A stretch of DNA of 64,000 bases from Roseovarius sp. Its GTDB lineage: Bacteria; Pseudomonadota; Alphaproteobacteria; Rhodobacterales; Rhodobacteraceae. The stretch lies in NCBI RefSeq assembly GCF_048264965.1, contig NZ_JBLXCN010000013.1. The stretch is one strand, 5' to 3'. The translations under genes and the position numbers were made by a program. Within the stretch, counting starts at the first letter, position 1. Each line of letters begins with the position of its first letter. The notes beneath the pieces were generated by a model, which did no database searches, was not told the DNA's origin, and was given only the letters and a program-made list of their open reading frames with translations. Of this stretch, positions 59,322-64,000 are shown piece after piece.

Positions 59322-59538
59322 AGTTTTTCCCTGTTTTCATGTGAGCAGTCGTTGGAGGGGACATTTTGCTATCCCTCTTCCAAAGCTTCCTTTTCCGTTT
59401 ATGTGGCAGGATGCTTAAATACGACATTTTATAATGAGAACACGAAATTGGCCACGTTTCCAGCCTTTAATCCTTAAGATATCAAAGTTTTGAACGCCCG
59501 GATTTGAATGGCCCCGCCATCTGACAGGGCGAAAACCC

Positions 59539-60846
59539 TTAGCCGCGACGCGCGCGCAGCTTGGCAAAATACTCGAGTCGCTTCTTCAACTCGCGCTCGA
59601 ATCCGCGTTCGACCGGCTGATAAAGGACCGGCCGTTTCATCGTTTCGGGAAAGTAATTCTGACCGGAAAAACCGTCTTCCGCGTCGTGGTCATAGGCATA
59701 GCCCGCACCATAGCCCTGCTCTGCCATAAGTTTGGTCGGCGCGTTCAGGATATGCTTGGGCGGCGGCTCGCTTCCGGTTTTCCTGGCCTCGCGCATGGCC
59801 GCCTTATAGGCCGCATAGCCAGCGTTTGATTTCGGCGCCAGCGCCAGATAGGTGACCGCCTGCGCAAGCGCCAGTTCGCCCTCGGGGCTTCCAAGGCGCT
59901 CATAGGTTTCCCAGGCATGCAGGCAGACGGTTTGCGCCTGCGGGTCGGCAAGGCCAATATCCTCGACCGCCATGCGGATGATACGCCGCGCAAGGTAACG
60001 GGGGTCCTCGCCCCCGGTCAGCATGCGCGCAAACCAGTAAAGCGCCGCGTCGGGATCGGAGCCGCGCACCGATTTATGAAGCGCTGAGATCAGGTTGTAA
60101 TGCTCGTCGCCGCCCTTGTCGTATTTCGCCGCCCGCTTCATCAGGCGGGTGGACAGGGCCACCTTGTCAAGCTTGACATCGGTCTTCCAGGCCGCCACCT
60201 GTTCGATCAGGTTAAGCAGGGCGCGGCCATCGCCATCGGCCATTTCCAAAAGCGTTTCGCGCGCCGGGCCATCAAGCGGCAGGGTACGACCAAGATCGGC
60301 CTCGGCACGCTGTGCAAGCCGCTCCAGATCAGACAGGGCAAGCCGTTCCAGCACAAGCACCTGTGCGCGGCTCATAAGGGCGGCGTTCAGCTCGAAACTG
60401 GGATTCTCGGTGGTGGCGCCGACCAACAGGATCGTGCCATCCTCCATATAGGGCAGGAACCCGTCCTGCTGGGCCTTGTTGAAGCGATGGATCTCATCCA
60501 CAAACAACAGCGTGCCCTGCCCGTTGGCGCGGCGATGCTTGGCCGCGTCAAAGACCTTGCGCAGGTCGGGCACGCCGGTAAAAATTGCGCTGATCTGGAC
60601 GAAATGCAGGTCGGTTTCATCCGCCAAAAGCCGCGCGATGGTCGTTTTTCCGACACCCGGCGGCCCCCAGAACACCAGCGACGTCAGGCTGCCAGAGGCA
60701 AGCATCACCCCAAGCGGCGCCTCGGGGCCAAGCACCTGATCCTGCCCGATCACATCGCCAAGCCTGCGCGGGCGCAGCCGGTCCGCAAGGGGGCGCGGGG
60801 CGGTATCGGGGGGCGTGTCGCCCGGTGTTTGAAAGAGATCAGCCAT
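59539..60846 (-). CDS. rarA: Replication-associated recombination protein A (MgsA/RarA AAA+ ATPase)
   Basis: PLADRLRP, GPPGVGKTT, LFVDEIHRFNKAQQD, SALHKSVRGSD, APKSN. Confidence 0.96.
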   Translation of the reverse strand: MADLFQTPGDTPPDTAPRPLADRLRPRRLGDVIGQDQVLGPEAPLGVMLASGSLTSLVFWGPPGVGKTTIARLLADETDLHFVQISAIFTGVPDLRKVFDAAKHRRANGQGTLLFVDEIHRFNKAQQDGFLPYMEDGTILLVGATTENPSFELNAALMSRAQVLVLERLALSDLERLAQRAEADLGRTLPLDGPARETLLEMADGDGRALLNLIEQVAAWKTDVKLDKVALSTRLMKRAAKYDKGGDEHYNLISALHKSVRGSDPDAALYWFARMLTGGEDPRYLARRIIRMAVEDIGLADPQAQTVCLHAWETYERLGSPEGELALAQAVTYLALAPKSNAGYAAYKAAMREARKTGSEPPPKHILNAPTKLMAEQGYGAGYAYDHDAEDGFSGQNYFPETMKRPVLYQPVERGFERELKKRLEYFAKLRARRG

Positions 60847-60932
60847 ATCTGCACCCTACCCCGCCAACCGATGCGGCGCACGTAGATATGCGCAGGCAGA
60901 GGGCGGATTGCAAGCCAGAGCCCCGCAAAGGC

Positions 60933-60964
60933 AAAACGCCGCCAACCCTGCGGTCAGCGGCGTT
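60933..60964 (-). terminator. Rho-independent terminator of the alpha operon
   Basis: Minus strand AACGCCGCTGA-ccgcaggg-TTGGCGGCGTTTT after rplQ. Confidence 0.75.
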
Positions 60965-60990
60965 CAAATTCTGGGCGCTTGAGGCAGCTA

Positions 60991-61416
60991 TCAGGCCTCG
61001 TCAGCCTCGGCTTCGGCGGCCGCAACGCGGGCCTTGTCGCCTGCTCCCTTGGCGTTCACATCGCGATCGACGAACTCGATGATCGCCATCGGCGCCATGT
61101 CGCCGTAACGGAAGCCCGCCTTGAGAACGCGGACATAACCGCCCTGACGGTCTTTGTAGCGGGGGCCAAGCACGTCGAACAGTTTCGCGACATACTGGTC
61201 CTGTTTCAGTTGAGCAGCGGCCTGACGGCGCGCGTGCAGATCACCGCGTTTACCCAGGGTGATCATCTTTTCGATGATCCGGCGCAGTTCTTTGGCCTTG
61301 GGCAGGGTGGTCTTGATTTGCTCATGTTCGATGAGCGAGCCGGCCATGTTGGCCCAAAGCGCCTTGCGGTGCTCATGGGTACGGTTCAGGCGGCGGTAGC
61401 CTCTTGCGTGACGCAT
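60991..61416 (-). CDS. rplQ: 50S ribosomal protein L17
   Basis: [33 protein letters not shown]. Confidence 0.99.
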   Translation of the reverse strand: MRHARGYRRLNRTHEHRKALWANMAGSLIEHEQIKTTLPKAKELRRIIEKMITLGKRGDLHARRQAAAQLKQDQYVAKLFDVLGPRYKDRQGGYVRVLKAGFRYGDMAPMAIIEFVDRDVNAKGAGDKARVAAAEAEADEA

Positions 61417-61569
61417 TTTGTGGTCTCCTTAGCGTGTTTTGCTTTGTCCGGCGGTCTGATGCGTGTCAGCCACTCTCCTTGGGGCATTGGCCCATATTTT
61501 CCCCGGCAATCCGGGCATTCACCCCACCCTGCGAAGGGCTCCGCAGAGTGGGTATACCTTACGCGTGCC

Positions 61570-62586
61570 TTAGAACGCGTCTTCGAATTTCTTGGCCAGA
61601 TCCTCGATATTGTCGGGCGGCCAGTCTTCGACGTCCATGCCGAGGTGAAGGCCCATGCCGCTGAGAACTTCTTTGATCTCGTTCAGCGACTTGCGGCCAA
61701 AGTTCGGCGTGCGCAGCATCTCTGCTTCGGTTTTCTGGATCAGATCGCCGATGTAAACGATGTTGTCGTTCTTGAGACAGTTGGCCGAACGCACCGAAAG
61801 CTCAAGCTCATCCACTTTCTTGAGAAGCAGCGGGTTGAACTCAAGGCCATCGTCTTCGTCCTGGCGACCGGCGGCTTCGGGCTCGTCAAAATTGACGAAG
61901 ATCGAAAGCTGATCCTGAAGGATACGCGCGGCATAGGCCACGGCATCATCCGGGGTGATCGAACCGTCGGTTTCAATCTTCATGGTCAGCTTGTCATAAT
62001 CCAGAACCTGGCCCTCGCGGGTGGGCTGAACGTCATAGCTGACTTTGGAAATCGGCGAATAGATGGCGTCGATCGGGATAAGGCCGATGGGCGCGTCTTC
62101 GGGTTTGTTCTTGTCGGCCGCGACATAGCCTTTGCCGGTATTCACGGTCAGTTCCATGAACAGATCGGCACCCTCGTCGAGGTGGCAAATCACGTGGTCC
62201 TTGTTCAGAATCTCGATACCGGCACTGTCGGAAATATCGCCGGCGGTCACGACGCCCGGACCCTTGGCATTCACCGAAAGGCGCTTGGGCCCTTCAACTT
62301 CCATGCGAAGCGCGACACCCTTGAGGTTCAGCACGATGTCGGTGACGTCTTCGCGTACACCGGCAACAGACGAAAACTCATGCAGCACGTTGTCGATCTG
62401 CACGGCGGTGATGGCCGCGCCTTGCAGCGACGACAGAAGCACCCGGCGCAGCGCATTGCCAAGCGTAAGGCCAAAGCCGCGCTCAAGCGGTTCGGCGGTC
62501 AGGACGGCCTGACGAAGCGGGTCATTGCCCGGTTTGACTTCAAGCTGTGTCGGCTTGATCAATTCAGCCCAGTTTTTGTGGATCAT
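61570..62586 (-). CDS. rpoA: RNA polymerase alpha subunit
   Basis: [38 protein letters not shown]. Confidence 0.99.
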   Translation of the reverse strand: MIHKNWAELIKPTQLEVKPGNDPLRQAVLTAEPLERGFGLTLGNALRRVLLSSLQGAAITAVQIDNVLHEFSSVAGVREDVTDIVLNLKGVALRMEVEGPKRLSVNAKGPGVVTAGDISDSAGIEILNKDHVICHLDEGADLFMELTVNTGKGYVAADKNKPEDAPIGLIPIDAIYSPISKVSYDVQPTREGQVLDYDKLTMKIETDGSITPDDAVAYAARILQDQLSIFVNFDEPEAAGRQDEDDGLEFNPLLLKKVDELELSVRSANCLKNDNIVYIGDLIQKTEAEMLRTPNFGRKSLNEIKEVLSGMGLHLGMDVEDWPPDNIEDLAKKFEDAF

Positions 62587-62653
62587 GCGTCCCTCCATTC
62601 CAGTTCCGTTCCCATGTCCAAAGGTTCAGAACGCCCGAGGTATTAAAATGACG

Positions 62654-62685
62654 AAAAGGGGACCGCGCAAAAACTGCGCGGCCCC
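62654..62685 (-). terminator. Terminator-like hairpin between rpsK and rpoA
   Basis: Minus strand GGGGCCGCGCAG-ttt-TTGCGCGGTCCCC followed by TTTT. Confidence 0.6.
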
Positions 62686-62703
62686 GCTTGGGTGTGTCTC
62701 AGA

Positions 62704-63093
62704 TCAGACCCGACGACGTTTCGGCGGGCGGCAACCGTTGTGCGCCATCGGCGTCACATCACGGATCGAGGTGATGTTGAAACCAACAGCGGCCAGAGCG
62801 CGCAGCGCCGATTCACGACCCGAACCGGGGCCCTGAACTTCGACTTCGAGGGTGCGCATGCCGTGATCCTGTGCCTTCTTACCGGCATCTTCGGCGGCCA
62901 TCTGCGCCGCGTAGGGCGTCGATTTCCGCGAGCCTTTGAAGCCCATGGTGCCAGCCGACGACCATGCGATCGCATTGCCCTGCACGTCCGAGATCAGGAT
63001 CTTGGTGTTGTTGAAAGACGAGTTCACATGAGCAACGCCGGTGGCGATGTTCTTGGAGACCTTCTTTTTGGTGCGTTTGGTATCGCGTGCCAT
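62704..63093 (-). CDS. rpsK: 30S ribosomal protein S11
   Basis: [29 protein letters not shown]. Confidence 0.99.
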   Translation of the reverse strand: MARDTKRTKKKVSKNIATGVAHVNSSFNNTKILISDVQGNAIAWSSAGTMGFKGSRKSTPYAAQMAAEDAGKKAQDHGMRTLEVEVQGPGSGRESALRALAAVGFNITSIRDVTPMAHNGCRPPKRRRV

Positions 63094-63107
63094 TGATCAG
63101 CCCTCCC

Positions 63108-63476
63108 TTATTTCTTCTTACCGGCAATGGCCTTTGCGGGGCCTTTGCGTGTGCGTGCGTTGGTATGGGTCCGCTGACCACGAACCGGAAGGTTGCGACG
63201 GTGGCGCAGGCCACGGTAGCAGCCAAGATCCATCAGGCGCTTGATGTTCATCTGCGTGTCACGACGCAGGTCACCTTCGACGGTGTAGTTGGCGTCGATG
63301 TGTTCGCGCAGGGCCAGGGCTTCGGCATCCGAAAGCTCGTTGACGCGACGCGATGCGTCGATGTTCACGGCTTCACAGATGGCCTTGGCCGATGTGTGGC
63401 CGATACCAGTGATATATGTAAGGGCGATCGGGACCCGTTTGTGGGTCGGGATGTTTACGCCGGCGATACGTGCCAA
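63108..63476 (-). CDS. rpsM: 30S ribosomal protein S13 (TTG start)
   Basis: [35 protein letters not shown]; AAGGA upstream of the TTG. Confidence 0.98.
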   Translation of the reverse strand: MARIAGVNIPTHKRVPIALTYITGIGHTSAKAICEAVNIDASRRVNELSDAEALALREHIDANYTVEGDLRRDTQMNIKRLMDLGCYRGLRHRRNLPVRGQRTHTNARTRKGPAKAIAGKKK

Positions 63477-63633
63477 ATGTAAGTTCCTTTTTCGTTGCGG
63501 TTCCGTAGCTCCAGAACCTTTTTTCACAACGTAAGCCCGAGGCGTCTTCGCTTCGGGCCGCAGCTGAATTCAGGTGATGCGATCCATTCCGGGCGCGACC
63601 CGGACAGAATCATTCTCTCGTTCGAGATAGGGC

Positions 63634-63662
63634 TGGTTAGGAGTAATTTAAGGGGGCGTCAA
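63634..63662 (-). promoter_or_regulatory. Sigma70 promoter of the alpha operon
   Basis: TTGACG-17 nt-TAACCA on the minus strand. Confidence 0.55.
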
Positions 63663-63673
63663 GCCCTGCCCCC

Positions 63674-64000
63674 TTATTTGTCAAGCTCGGACGAAATTGC
63701 CGCTTGAACCGCGTCGATCTCGGCCAGGCCATTGACCGAAGAAAGCTTGCCCTTGGCATAGTAATAGCCAAGCAGCGGCGAGGTTTTCTTGTAATATTCC
63801 ATCAGGCGGTTGCGCAGGCTGTCTTCGTTGTCATCCGCGCGGCGCTTGACATCCGTACTGCCGCATTTGGCGCATTTCCCGTCTGCGGGCCAGGGCTTGG
63901 TGATATCGTTATAGACCTCGCCACATCCGCCGCAGGTCGAGCGCGCGGTGATGCGCTGCACAAGTGCCTCGTCGTCGACGCGCAGCTCGATCACGGCATC
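63674..64000 (-). CDS. adk: Adenylate kinase, C-terminal part (5' end outside the window)
   Basis: LID domain with Zn-binding CGGC...[23 protein letters not shown]. Confidence 0.95.
   Translation of the reverse strand, partial: DAVIELRVDDEALVQRITARSTCGGCGEVYNDITKPWPADGKCAKCGSTDVKRRADDNEDSLRNRLMEYYKKTSPLLGYYYAKGKLSSVNGLAEIDAVQAAISSELDK

Overview
High-GC alphaproteobacterial chromosome segment. Gene content and order point to Rhodobacteraceae/Roseobacter group (inference). It is mostly housekeeping: dinB, tRNA-Val, rpmJ, tRNA-Thr, murA, hisD, mreBCD-mrdA-rodA, aspS, carB, rarA and the adk-rpsM-rpsK-rpoA-rplQ end of the ribosomal cluster. Accessory or poorly understood parts are an autotransporter adhesin, an acyl-CoA-ligase/HAAT-type ABC importer cluster with an adjacent two-component system, a Dpp/Opp-type ABC importer, and a small compositionally atypical insert (homocysteine S-methyltransferase-like plus SpoIIAA-like gene). 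I saw no CRISPR array, integrase, transposase, prophage or recognisable defence system. The best candidates for undescribed biology are: (i) the ligase/ABC cluster, with a PaaK-like protein lacking the canonical P-loop and an antisense-inserted tandem-domain protein; (ii) an orphan response regulator with a CtrA-like box and a His-less HPt-like tail; (iii) small ORFs absent from the ORF track, notably a 39-aa membrane peptide; (iv) a cytochrome c gene with a perfectly positioned FNR box; (v) REP-like palindromes, one enclosing a (G3T)3G3 G-quadruplex motif. All calls were made by eye; no database searches were run.
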